NCBI GenBank assembly: GCA_964613815.1
Contig: CAZTKG010000003.1
Location: forward strand, 1-52,902
Direction of reading: 5' to 3'
From: an uncultured Gammaproteobacteria bacterium
GTDB taxonomy: Bacteria > Patescibacteriota > Patescibacteriia > UBA9934
Length of the DNA stretch: 52,902 nucleotides
Positions within the stretch are counted from its first letter, which is position 1. Each line of letters opens with the position of its first letter. The notes beneath the pieces are model-generated. The model saw only the letters and a list, made by a program, of their open reading frames with translations. It did not search any database and was not told the DNA's origin. The translations under genes and the position numbers were made by a program. This document shows positions 9,662 to 18,624 of this stretch, in pieces.

Positions 9662-10895
9662 GTGTTCCTGCGATCCAGCCTGTGGTCCAGCAGAGTTGCA
9701 GGGAAAACCCGCCGGACGGCCTGTTGATGTCTAAAGTGTCTCCGATCATGTAGAGATTTGGCCAGAGTCTTGAGGTCATGGTTTTGAAGTCTACTTCTTT
9801 TGGTGTGACTCCGCCATCTGCGACAATGGACCAGGCAAATCCCATGGTTCCGGTGATTGGGAATTCTAGGGATTTTAGGAGTTTTGATAATGACTTGCGC
9901 TCTTCTTTTGTGACGGAGTGGACGATGGCGTCGGTTTTGATGTTTGCGATTTTTTGGATGGATTCTGCGAGCTTCTTTTGGAGGAGATCTTTCAGGACGG
10001 ACTTGAGCTGCTTGTTTTTGTTTTGCTCAAAGAGATTGATGAGCATTTGATCGACGTCTTTTTCGTCCTTGTCTGGGAAGAGGTCGACGGATGCGGTGAG
10101 TGGACCTGCTTTTAATAGCTTCTTTGCTGTGTGGGCAGAGTTGATGACAAGTGGGCCGGAGATGCCGAAGTGCGTGAAGAGCATGCGGCCTCTGGTTTTG
10201 TGTTTGATTTTTTCGTTTTGCTTGTAGCGCAGCGTGATGTCGTCGAGGCTTGTTCCTGAGAGTTCGTGGACCCATTTTGCGGAAGATCTGAGAGGGGCGA
10301 GGTTTGGGTCTGGGTCTTTGACGGTGTGACCGATGGTTGCCAGCATTGATAACCCTTCGCCGGTTGAGCCGGTTTCTGGGGCGGCAAGACCTCCTGTGGC
10401 GAGGATGATGCGGGCTGCGTGGAATGATCCTTTGGGTGTTTTGACGCCTGTGATGCTATCACCTGTTTTGATGAAGGCTTGTGCAGCGGCGTTTAGTTGT
10501 ATGGTGACGTTTTTGCTTTCTTTGACGTAGGCTTCGAGGAGACTGCAGACGTCTTCTGCTTTTTGGGACTTTGGGAAGGCTCGTTTTCGATCTTCGATGA
10601 CCAGCGGAAGACCTCTTCCTTCGAAGAATGTGAAGGTGTCTTCGACGTTGAATTGCGTGAACGGCGAGTAGAGGAATTGTTTGGATTCTGGGAAGTTTTC
10701 TAGGAATAATCGGTTATCTGGCTCGGCGTTTGTAATGTTGCAACGTCTGCCGCCGGTGATGCTGAGTTTTTTGCCGAGGCGATCGTTTTTCTCAATCAAA
10801 AGCACGCGCGCGCCGAGTTCTCCGGCGCGGCCAGCGGCCATCATGCCGGCTGGGCCGCCTCCGATAACGATAATGTCGTATTCTTGCGTTGCCAT
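9642..10895 (-). CDS. HI0933/BaiN family NAD(P)/FAD-dependent oxidoreductase
   Basis: IGGGPAGMMAA, GKKLSITGGRRCNITN, LFTHFGISGP, GGFSLQLCWTTG. Confidence 0.92.
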   Translation of the reverse strand: MATQEYDIIVIGGGPAGMMAAGRAGELGARVLLIEKNDRLGKKLSITGGRRCNITNAEPDNRLFLENFPESKQFLYSPFTQFNVEDTFTFFEGRGLPLVIEDRKRAFPKSQKAEDVCSLLEAYVKESKNVTIQLNAAAQAFIKTGDSITGVKTPKGSFHAARIILATGGLAAPETGSTGEGLSMLATIGHTVKDPDPNLAPLRSSAKWVHELSGTSLDDITLRYKQNEKIKHKTRGRMLFTHFGISGPLVINSAHTAKKLLKAGPLTASVDLFPDKDEKDVDQMLINLFEQNKNKQLKSVLKDLLQKKLAESIQKIANIKTDAIVHSVTKEERKSLSKLLKSLEFPITGTMGFAWSIVADGGVTPKEVDFKTMTSRLWPNLYMIGDTLDINRPSGGFSLQLCWTTGWIAGTHAATTH

Positions 10896-10990
10896 GCGGG
10901 GTACTATGCCATATTTGGGCGTTTTGAACACCTTTTTTGCGGCGTGATATATTTGATGCGGTGTGCTGATATTTATCTTAATTTTGGACT

Positions 10991-11404
10991 ATGCGCTATT
11001 GGCTTATGAAAACGGAACCTGGGACGTATTCTTGGGACGATCTTGTGGAGGATGAAGAGACGTATTGGGATGGGGTGCGGAATTATCAGGCGCGGAATAA
11101 TATGCGGGCGATGGAGACTGGGGATCTTGTGTCCATCTACCACTCGGTGAAGGAGAAAACGATAAAGGGGGTTGCGAAGGTTATCAAGGAAGCTTATGCG
11201 GACCATACGGCGGAGCGTGGGGATTGGAGCATGGTGGATATTGCGCCGGTGAAGGCGGCTGTGGTTGAGATTACGCTTGCGGATGTGAAGGCGAATGTGA
11301 AGCTTGGGGATATGGTGCTTGTGAATAATTCTCGACTGTCGGTTCAACCGGTTGAGAAGGAGGAGTTTGAGGAGTGTTTGCGGATGATGGAGACGGAAAT
11401 TTGA
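10991..11404 (+). CDS. EVE domain-containing protein
   Basis: YWLMKTEP, WDGVRNYQARNNMRAM, SRLSVQPV. Confidence 0.93.
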   Translation: MRYWLMKTEPGTYSWDDLVEDEETYWDGVRNYQARNNMRAMETGDLVSIYHSVKEKTIKGVAKVIKEAYADHTAERGDWSMVDIAPVKAAVVEITLADVKANVKLGDMVLVNNSRLSVQPVEKEEFEECLRMMETEI

Positions 11405-11421
11405 TGTGATATAGTGCGTGT

Positions 11422-11874
11422 ATGAGTAATGAGCGATTTGATAAGATTGATGCCCGCATGGATCGACAGGATCAGCGGATGGAATCCATGGATGGCAGAA
11501 TGGAGTCCATGGACGGCAGGATGGAGTCTATGGAGGGCAGAATGACGTCCATGCAGGCGGATATTTCAGATATTCGGACTGTTTTGTTTGAATTTATTGA
11601 TTTTGTGAAAGATAACGTGGTTTTGAAAGAGGATCTTGAGCGGACGCACCACATGATTCACGGGCTTCGGTTGGAGTTACGGGCGGACATGCGGAAAGTT
11701 CAGCAGGAGACGATTGATATTATTGATCGGAAGCTCGTTAATCTGCGTGGTGATATTATTGGGATCATTCGTGGTGATCAGGCTCAGTTTAAAAAGCTGC
11801 TGGAGATTCTTGCGGCGCGTGAGGTCATTACCGTCAATGACGTGCAAGCTGTTGTTGCTGCAGGCGCTATTTAA
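11422..11874 (+). CDS. coiled-coil hypothetical protein
   Basis: 150 aa with three heptad MESM(D/E)GR repeats. Confidence 0.7.
   Translation: MSNERFDKIDARMDRQDQRMESMDGRMESMDGRMESMEGRMTSMQADISDIRTVLFEFIDFVKDNVVLKEDLERTHHMIHGLRLELRADMRKVQQETIDIIDRKLVNLRGDIIGIIRGDQAQFKKLLEILAAREVITVNDVQAVVAAGAI
11479..11541 (+). repeat. 3 x 21-nt in-frame tandem repeat
   Basis: ATGGAATCCATGGATGGCAGA / ATGGAGTCCATGGACGGCAGG / ATGGAGTCTATGGAGGGCAGA. Confidence 0.85.
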
Positions 11875-11920
11875 AAAATGACCCTCCCGTGGCCACTGTG
11901 GCTGCGGGAGGTTTTGGGTT

Positions 11921-13108
11921 TCACGGGAGGAGGCGCAGGTCGACCACCTGCTGCTTGACGGGGCGCGCGGGGCCGAAGAAGTTTCCTTCATGCCACTTGC
12001 CGTCGATGAGAAGGTAGAAGAGTGGCTGCTCGGGCTGACGCCTGCGATCGTTCGTGATGACGCGCGGGGGTGCGAGTGCGGAGACGCCCTCTCGCGTGGT
12101 CGCGATGATGATCGCGTCGGCCTTCTGGATGATGTTCGTCTTCCAGACGATCGCCATACCGCCGCCGTTGAGATCGCCGGTGAATAGGCGCTCGCCGTCG
12201 AACTTGAGCATGTCGATCTCGGCGAGAGGACTGAACCCGCCGATGAAGTTTCGCTTTGCCCTTGGCATGACGACACTGAGCTTCCCATCTGCGATGCCGA
12301 GGGCGGTGTCGCCGAAGGCGTCGTTCTCTGGGAGCTTGACGCGCTCATAGTAGTCACTGACGTAGTCCAGGTGAATGACTCTCGAGCCCTTCTTGTCCTG
12401 AAGGATGAAAACCGGACCGAGCCAACCGGGCATGTGATACAGCTCAGTGACCCTCTCCCCGCAGGCCATCCTGGACCCGGTGTAGATACACTCCTTACCC
12501 TTGAACGGAGCGACGTAGCACATCTTGCCGTTTTCGACATGGGGACGTGCGTCACCTGGTGCCTCGATCTTGGGATAGACCTCCCCCTTCCACACGAGCG
12601 CGTGGAGACCGGCGTACCGACTGGTCTCGTTCTCGAGATGCAGGAACCATGCCTCGGACCCTTCGAAGACACCTGCCGATGTCGCGGTCGTGATCGTCAT
12701 CTTGTCTGCGGACTGATTGGGCCTCAGGATGTAGACCTGGTGCAGCGTGCCGGCATCGTCCCTCAGTCCGCCGAGCGCGACGATGGAGTCGCTTTCTGCC
12801 CTGTAGGGATCCACCTCCCAGCACGGGAGCTCGACGCTGATCTCGATGCGGTAATCGCTCATCTCGGAAGACGCGAACGGACCTTCTTTGAGCACCACAT
12901 CTTCTGGGAGGAGGAAGTTGAACTTCTTGCCGATGACGAGGTTGTGGAACGCTCCGTTCCAGAAAGCGATGTAGCTGCGCTTGTGGTCGCTGTCCTCGAG
13001 GTCTCCCCAGCACTTCTGCTCCGGAGGAGACGACGGTGCAGCGGGCTCCTCGGCGAACGCAGAGGTGGTGAAGAGCGCTAGGAAAAGCGCGATTCGTCGA
13101 ATGAACAT
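11921..13108 (-). CDS. secreted beta-rich hypothetical protein
   Basis: Signal peptide ending SAFA-EE; Gly/aromatic-rich beta-hairpin-like segments; own promoter. Confidence 0.75.
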   Translation of the reverse strand: MFIRRIALFLALFTTSAFAEEPAAPSSPPEQKCWGDLEDSDHKRSYIAFWNGAFHNLVIGKKFNFLLPEDVVLKEGPFASSEMSDYRIEISVELPCWEVDPYRAESDSIVALGGLRDDAGTLHQVYILRPNQSADKMTITTATSAGVFEGSEAWFLHLENETSRYAGLHALVWKGEVYPKIEAPGDARPHVENGKMCYVAPFKGKECIYTGSRMACGERVTELYHMPGWLGPVFILQDKKGSRVIHLDYVSDYYERVKLPENDAFGDTALGIADGKLSVVMPRAKRNFIGGFSPLAEIDMLKFDGERLFTGDLNGGGMAIVWKTNIIQKADAIIIATTREGVSALAPPRVITNDRRRQPEQPLFYLLIDGKWHEGNFFGPARPVKQQVVDLRLLP

Positions 13109-13211
13109 GTTACTGCTCCTTGGAAAAAGTAACGGTTGATGTTAGCGAAAAAAAGCCTTTTGTCAAGATCATGTGCTAAAATAGCAATAATTACTCCTAA
13201 TCTTTTCTTTT

Positions 13212-13595
13212 ATGGAGCTTTCACTCTTTTTAGCCAAGCTTTTTGGCATCTTTATGGTTTTGATTCCGTTTGCCATGATTTTGAACAAAGACGGATTTGA
13301 TGACCTATTTAAGACCCTTTCAAAGAGCTCTGAGGGTCTCATGTTTGCGGGGTTCTTTCGGCTTATGGCCGGGCTCGCAATCGTTCTTGGGCACAATATT
13401 TGGGTTCAGGACTGGACGGTTTTGATTACGGTATTTGGATGGCTCATGATTGCGAGCGGACTTACGCTTCTTATCAACCCGGCCTTTGTGCAGCGAAAGA
13501 TGGCAAAGCTTGATGCGCCAGGGCCGCGGACATGCATGCTTCTGTTCACATTCTTGGTTGGGCTGTATTTGATGTATCAGGGATTTGTTGGATAG
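13212..13595 (+). CDS. small multi-pass membrane protein
   Basis: 127 aa with about 4 hydrophobic segments. Confidence 0.75.
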   Translation: MELSLFLAKLFGIFMVLIPFAMILNKDGFDDLFKTLSKSSEGLMFAGFFRLMAGLAIVLGHNIWVQDWTVLITVFGWLMIASGLTLLINPAFVQRKMAKLDAPGPRTCMLLFTFLVGLYLMYQGFVG

Positions 13596-14102
13596 ATGAC
13601 TTGGCAGACGCACATGATGGTAGGCGCGAACGCGGTTTGGGTCGCGGCCTACTTTGGCGGTATTGATAGCTACGCACCGGCCCTTCTTGCGGCCGGTGCG
13701 TTTGCTGCCCTACTTCCAGATATTGATGCCGGTGGGCATGGGGCGAAGATTCATCATATTGGCGGAGGGGTTTTGAAGATGTTTCGTGGGTGGTTTCAGC
13801 ATCGTGGGTTTTTTCATTCGTTTTTGGCGACGGGGTTTATCTATTTTCTTTGTTTGATCACGCTTGCGGATTATCATGCGCAGTTGCCGATTGTGATAGC
13901 CGCTGGGTATGCGAGTCACTTGATTATTGATGCGTTTAATCGGAAAGGGGCGCGCTACCTCTTTCCTGCGCCGAATTTTATATCGCCGGTACCCCGGTTT
14001 TTAACAGCGCCTGTGAAAGGCTGGACGGATTGGGCGTTTTTTGGACTTGGGTTGTATGGGGTATTTCGGTTTGTGTCAGAGTATGGTGAAGTATTTTTGT
14101 GA
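13596..14102 (+). CDS. metal-dependent hydrolase (YdjM-like, membrane associated)
   Basis: MTWQTH, LLPDID, HRGFFHS, GYASHLIIDAFN motifs. Confidence 0.85.
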   Translation: MTWQTHMMVGANAVWVAAYFGGIDSYAPALLAAGAFAALLPDIDAGGHGAKIHHIGGGVLKMFRGWFQHRGFFHSFLATGFIYFLCLITLADYHAQLPIVIAAGYASHLIIDAFNRKGARYLFPAPNFISPVPRFLTAPVKGWTDWAFFGLGLYGVFRFVSEYGEVFL

Positions 14103-15073
14103 AGATTTCGGACTACATTTATGGCGATGTCGAAATCACCGAGCCGGTGATTCTTGATTTAATCTCTTGTCCGTCCATGCAGCGTTTGAAAGGGATTTCT
14201 CAGCTTGGGCCGCCTCCGGCACTTCACTACACCTTTACGTTTGCCAGGTTTGATCATTGCGTTGGCGTTATGCTGCTTTTAAGAAAACTCGGAGCCTGTG
14301 AGGAGGAACAGGTTGCCGGGCTCTTGCATGATGTGAGCCATAGTGCGTTTTCCCATGTCATTGACTGGACGATGGAGAATCATCTGCATGAGGACTTTCA
14401 AGACCGGAATCATGAGGCGTTTTTGATGCAGAGTGAGATTCCTGAGATTCTTTCTCGGCATGGATTTGATGTAGGTCGCATTTCTGATTATCACCACTTC
14501 CCTCTTTTGGAGCAGGATGCGCCGGAGCTGTGTGCTGATCGGGTTGATTATGCGTTTCGGGAGTTTCCGCTTCCGTTTTCTCGGGAGTGCCTTGGAGGTC
14601 TTGTAGATCATGATCATCGTATTGCCTTTGCTGATCATGCGCGCGCTCGATTGTTTGCGGATGCGTACAATAAATACAACATGCAGAACTGGGGGAATTT
14701 TGAAGCGGCGTCTCGGTATCGTATTTTGGCGCATGCGATCAATCGTGGCTTTGAGACTGGTGTGCTTGCGAAGGATGATATTTGGGAAGATGACGCGCTT
14801 ATGTTGCGGAAGATGGAGGGAGCTACTGACTCTGTTATTGATGCGTGCCTTGATCTATTGCGGCATGATCGGATCAGTCATTTGCCTCGCGAGGAAACGG
14901 TAACCGTCAAAAAGCTCCGGTATGTTGACCCGCTTTTTTTGAGCGATGGATCTGCGGTTCGGCTTAGCGATGTCGATCAGGCATTTTCTGAAAATCTTGA
15001 ACGTAATCGACGGATTAATGATCTTGGTATTTACGTTGTTGATGTTGAGCGCACCATATTGGAAAAACGCTAG
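14099..15073 (+). CDS. HD-domain phosphohydrolase
   Basis: QRLKGISQLG, RFDHCVGV, LLHDVSH, DRVDY; GTG start overlaps the previous stop. Confidence 0.88.
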   Translation: MKISDYIYGDVEITEPVILDLISCPSMQRLKGISQLGPPPALHYTFTFARFDHCVGVMLLLRKLGACEEEQVAGLLHDVSHSAFSHVIDWTMENHLHEDFQDRNHEAFLMQSEIPEILSRHGFDVGRISDYHHFPLLEQDAPELCADRVDYAFREFPLPFSRECLGGLVDHDHRIAFADHARARLFADAYNKYNMQNWGNFEAASRYRILAHAINRGFETGVLAKDDIWEDDALMLRKMEGATDSVIDACLDLLRHDRISHLPREETVTVKKLRYVDPLFLSDGSAVRLSDVDQAFSENLERNRRINDLGIYVVDVERTILEKR

Positions 15074-15124
15074 ACATCTGCTGGCTCTGGAGCTATACTT
15101 CGGGCGTAATTTTTTTCTATTGCT

Positions 15125-15598
15125 ATGTCAGATGGATACATGGTTCGCGATATTATGCGAACTCCTGTGGTCACCATCAAAGCCCAGTCTTCGCTTCGCG
15201 AGGCGGTTGAATTGATGGAAACCAAAAAGACGAATGGCCTTGTTGTTATCGACAGCAAAGACCGAGTGACCGGTATTATTTCTAGCTGGGACGTGATTTC
15301 GTATATTGTTCCTGACTATTTGGAGGATGATAAGCACCTTGCTTCATTTGAAGCCGGATCTGTCCTTGAAGACCGCGTGAAGGATCTTGAGAAAGGCAAG
15401 ATTGAGGAGTTTATGACGGAGAAAGTTCACACGGTTCGTGAGAGCTCTACGGTTATGGCTGCTGCGACGATTTTGGCTGAGTTCCGCATTCGACAGCTTC
15501 CTGTGGTTGATGATGAGGACAAGCTTGTTGGGTATTTGAACCGGACAGACGTGAAGCATGTTATTGCTAAAATTTTAGGCATTGGAGGCAAAAAATAA
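15125..15598 (+). CDS. CBS-domain pair protein
   Basis: VRDIMRTPVVT...LVVIDSKDRVTGIIS; FMTEKVHTV...LPVVDDEDKLVG. Confidence 0.9.
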   Translation: MSDGYMVRDIMRTPVVTIKAQSSLREAVELMETKKTNGLVVIDSKDRVTGIISSWDVISYIVPDYLEDDKHLASFEAGSVLEDRVKDLEKGKIEEFMTEKVHTVRESSTVMAAATILAEFRIRQLPVVDDEDKLVGYLNRTDVKHVIAKILGIGGKK

Positions 15599-15601
15599 CC
15601 T

Positions 15602-16873
15602 ATGGAACCAGTTACCCTTGCCCTGGGTATCTTTTTGATTACCTACGGCATTATTATTTCTGAGAAGGTTCACCGCACAACGATTGCGCTTGTGGGTGCC
15701 ATGCTCATGATTTTGTTTGGTGTTATTGATCAGCATCATGCGGTTGAGGGGATTGACTTCAATACGCTTGGGCTGTTGATTGGAATGATGATTGTGGTTG
15801 GAATTGCGAAGGAATGTGGGATGTTTCAGTTTGTCGCGCTTTGGTCGGCGAAGGTCGCGAAGGGGAAGCCGATGCGGATCTTTATGCTACTGGGGATTAT
15901 TACGGCTGTTTTTTCTGCGCTTCTTGATAACGTGACGACGGTGCTTTTGATGGTGCCTGTGACGTTTGTGATTGCGAATAACCTACGGCTGGATCCGAAG
16001 ATCTTTTTGGTTTCGACGATTTTGCTGTCGAATATTGGTGGTGCGGCGACGTTGATTGGTGACCCTCCGAATATTTTGATTGGGTCTGCGGCTGGATTGA
16101 CCTTCATGGACTTTGTGAATCATCTTGGACCTGCGTCTTTGATTATTACGATTGTGACGCTTGGGATCTTTTACTTCATGTATAAGAAGAAGTTTGCTGC
16201 GGTGGATCCGGAGACGGCGAAGGCGTTTATGGCGTTCAATCCGAAGGATGCGATTAGTGACTATCCGCTCCTGTATAAATCCTTGTTCGTGATTGGACTT
16301 GTTCTTCTCGGGTTCTTGACGCATGGGTCTACCGGACTAGAAGGGGCAACGATTGCGCTTGCTGGTGGAGCCCTTCTCTTGCTGATGACGATGAATGATC
16401 CGGAGCATCATATGAATGATGTTGAGTGGACGACGATCTTCTTCTTTGCGGGATTGTTTGTGCTCGTAGCGGGACTGGAGCATGTTGGGGTGATTAATGC
16501 GATGGCTGAGCAGCTCCTTATCTGGACGAATGAAGATCAGACCGCGACGACAATTGCGCTTTTGTGGGGAGCAGCAGTGTTCTCAGCGATTGTTGATAAT
16601 ATTCCGTTTGTTGCGACGATGATTCCGCTCATTCAGAACATTGGGGAGATCTCAACGCTTGCTGTTGGGCCGCTTTGGTGGGCCTTGGCCCTTGGAGCTG
16701 ACATTGGAGGAAATGCCACGCTTGTTGGAGCTTCTGCGAACGTTGTGGTGAGTGGAATGGCGGAGAAAGAGGGGCACAAGATTGGCTTTATTGAGTATAT
16801 GAAGACCGCGGTGCCGCTGACGTTTGTTGGATTGGTGATTTGTACGATTTATGTTTGGATGCGGTATTTGTAG
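15602..16873 (+). CDS. ArsB/NhaD (ion transporter superfamily) permease
   Basis: About 11-12 TM segments; SALLDNVTT, SNIGGAATLIGDPPN, SAIVDNIP, GGNATLVGASAN. Confidence 0.9.
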   Translation: MEPVTLALGIFLITYGIIISEKVHRTTIALVGAMLMILFGVIDQHHAVEGIDFNTLGLLIGMMIVVGIAKECGMFQFVALWSAKVAKGKPMRIFMLLGIITAVFSALLDNVTTVLLMVPVTFVIANNLRLDPKIFLVSTILLSNIGGAATLIGDPPNILIGSAAGLTFMDFVNHLGPASLIITIVTLGIFYFMYKKKFAAVDPETAKAFMAFNPKDAISDYPLLYKSLFVIGLVLLGFLTHGSTGLEGATIALAGGALLLLMTMNDPEHHMNDVEWTTIFFFAGLFVLVAGLEHVGVINAMAEQLLIWTNEDQTATTIALLWGAAVFSAIVDNIPFVATMIPLIQNIGEISTLAVGPLWWALALGADIGGNATLVGASANVVVSGMAEKEGHKIGFIEYMKTAVPLTFVGLVICTIYVWMRYL

Positions 16874-16963
16874 AGGACTATCTTGAATCTGATGTGGAAA
16901 GCGCCCGGTTGGGCGCTTTTTTGGTAAAAAAATGACCGACCCGCAGATGCGAATCGGAGAAGG

Positions 16964-17037
16964 TGCGTACAAGGGGATTCGAACCCCTGACCCCCAGGGC
17001 CACAACCTGGTGCTCTAACCAACTGAGCTATGCACGC
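16964..17037 (-). tRNA. trnH: tRNA-His (GTG), no encoded G-1, A73 discriminator
   Basis: GCGTGCATAGCTCAGTTGGTTAGAGCACCAGGTTGTGGCCCTGGGGGTCAGGGGTTCGAATCCCCTTGTACGCA folds as a cloverleaf with GTG anticodon; preceded by C, followed by CCT. Confidence 0.93.
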
Positions 17038-17050
17038 GAAGGAGCTGGCG

Positions 17051-18535
17051 CTACTGTAGCATTCCCATGATTTCCGTCAAGGATTTGCCGTCCTCGAGTG
17101 CCCTGAGGAGGTTACTGATGAAGATCTTCCCCTGCGTCCTGTTTTCCAGGTCTTTGATCTCGACAGCCCCACCCTGGAGCTCTTGATCCCCGGTGATGAT
17201 GAGGTAGCGAATGCCGAGCTTGAGCGCGCGTGCCATCTGAGCCCGGAAAGCTCTGTCGTCACCTTGGTAGAGTTCGGTTGGGATCCCTGCTCGACGGAAG
17301 TCTGCGAGGATGCGGACGATCATGGACATGTCCGTGTCGTTGCCGAAGTTCATGACCAGAACGTCTGATGGGCAGGGTGTGACGTCGGGGAGGTCGCCCA
17401 GGTGCTCGAGTGCGGCGAACAGGCGATCGAAGCCGATGGAGGCTCCGGTTGCCGGAATCTTCGCGCTCGTGAACCTGCTGACCAGGCCGTCGTACCTTCC
17501 GCCGGAATAGACGCTTCCGAAGCTTTCCGCGCCTTCGATGGTGGTTTCGAAGACTGCGCCTGTGTAGTAGCCGAAGCCGCGTGCGATGCTGAGATCGATC
17601 ATATGCTGATTCCGCGGGACCCGCATCAGCTCGAGGAGGCGCTGGATCTCTCGGAGATCTCGGACCCCTACGAGTCCGACCTCACTGCCTTCGAGGATCT
17701 CTTCCAGACCGTCCAAAAGCGGGCGGCCGCTTGTCATGAGGAGCATGAACTCCTCAATGATCGCCAGCTGGCTGTTGTTCAGCGCCAGCGCCGACGTGTC
17801 GTGTTCGTTGTCGGGCGTGCGCGTGAGCATGGCGCGGATGCCGGTGTCCTTCTCCCCCGAACCGTCTTCGGTTGGGACCATCTGGACCCAACCGACCTTC
17901 TCGTACTTGTCGAGAATGCGGAAAAGGAGAAGCGAACGCTGGATCTCTTGACCGCTCTCGTTGTCGATCACGGCTCCGTTGATGCCGAGGATTTCCGCGA
18001 GGCCATTGAGGACCTTTCGAGAACTCCACCTCACCACGAAATCATGCGTGGTGAGGTGACTCATGGCATTGACCATCATGGCGATGATCTCTGCGTCGGC
18101 GAGGACGCTTGCGACCCCCACGACATCGGCGTCGAACTGGTTGAACTGGTAGTAGCGCCCGCTGCCGGTGGTTTCGGCGCGGAACACCGGACCGTGACAC
18201 CAGCGACGCCATGGGAGAACGATGTCGGTGATGTTGGCCGCGACGTAGCGTGCGAGCGGGACCGTCTGGTCGAAGCGCATGGCGATGCGCTGCCGATCGT
18301 CGTCTTCGCCCTTGCCGCCCTTGCGGTCCGGATAGGCGTTCCAGAGCTTTCCGGTTGCCTCGGCTTCTCCGACGAGGACTTCGCGACGCTCGAGCAGCGG
18401 TGTCTCGAGCTCCATGAATCCGTAGCGCTCGTAGACATCCTGAATGAGCATGGCGAGGATGCGCCTCTGCGCAGCGGCCTCTGGGCCATAGTCGTTGAAC
18501 CCACCGAGCTTGGCAGGACTGATAAGAGTCGACAT
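17051..18535 (-). CDS. hisS: histidine--tRNA ligase
   Basis: RFDQTVPLARYVA, QFNQFDADVVG, histidine-binding loop RGFGYYTG, GGRYDGL, GASIGFDRL, C-terminal anticodon-binding domain. Confidence 0.95.
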   Translation of the reverse strand: MSTLISPAKLGGFNDYGPEAAAQRRILAMLIQDVYERYGFMELETPLLERREVLVGEAEATGKLWNAYPDRKGGKGEDDDRQRIAMRFDQTVPLARYVAANITDIVLPWRRWCHGPVFRAETTGSGRYYQFNQFDADVVGVASVLADAEIIAMMVNAMSHLTTHDFVVRWSSRKVLNGLAEILGINGAVIDNESGQEIQRSLLLFRILDKYEKVGWVQMVPTEDGSGEKDTGIRAMLTRTPDNEHDTSALALNNSQLAIIEEFMLLMTSGRPLLDGLEEILEGSEVGLVGVRDLREIQRLLELMRVPRNQHMIDLSIARGFGYYTGAVFETTIEGAESFGSVYSGGRYDGLVSRFTSAKIPATGASIGFDRLFAALEHLGDLPDVTPCPSDVLVMNFGNDTDMSMIVRILADFRRAGIPTELYQGDDRAFRAQMARALKLGIRYLIITGDQELQGGAVEIKDLENRTQGKIFISNLLRALEDGKSLTEIMGMLQ

Positions 18536-18624
18536 GATTCCCTCTGGGTTGTAAATGTGCGCTCCAACCTTGGCGGAATTGCATTATCTTGTCAATCGTG
18601 TTTCAGTGATATCAAATACTATCT

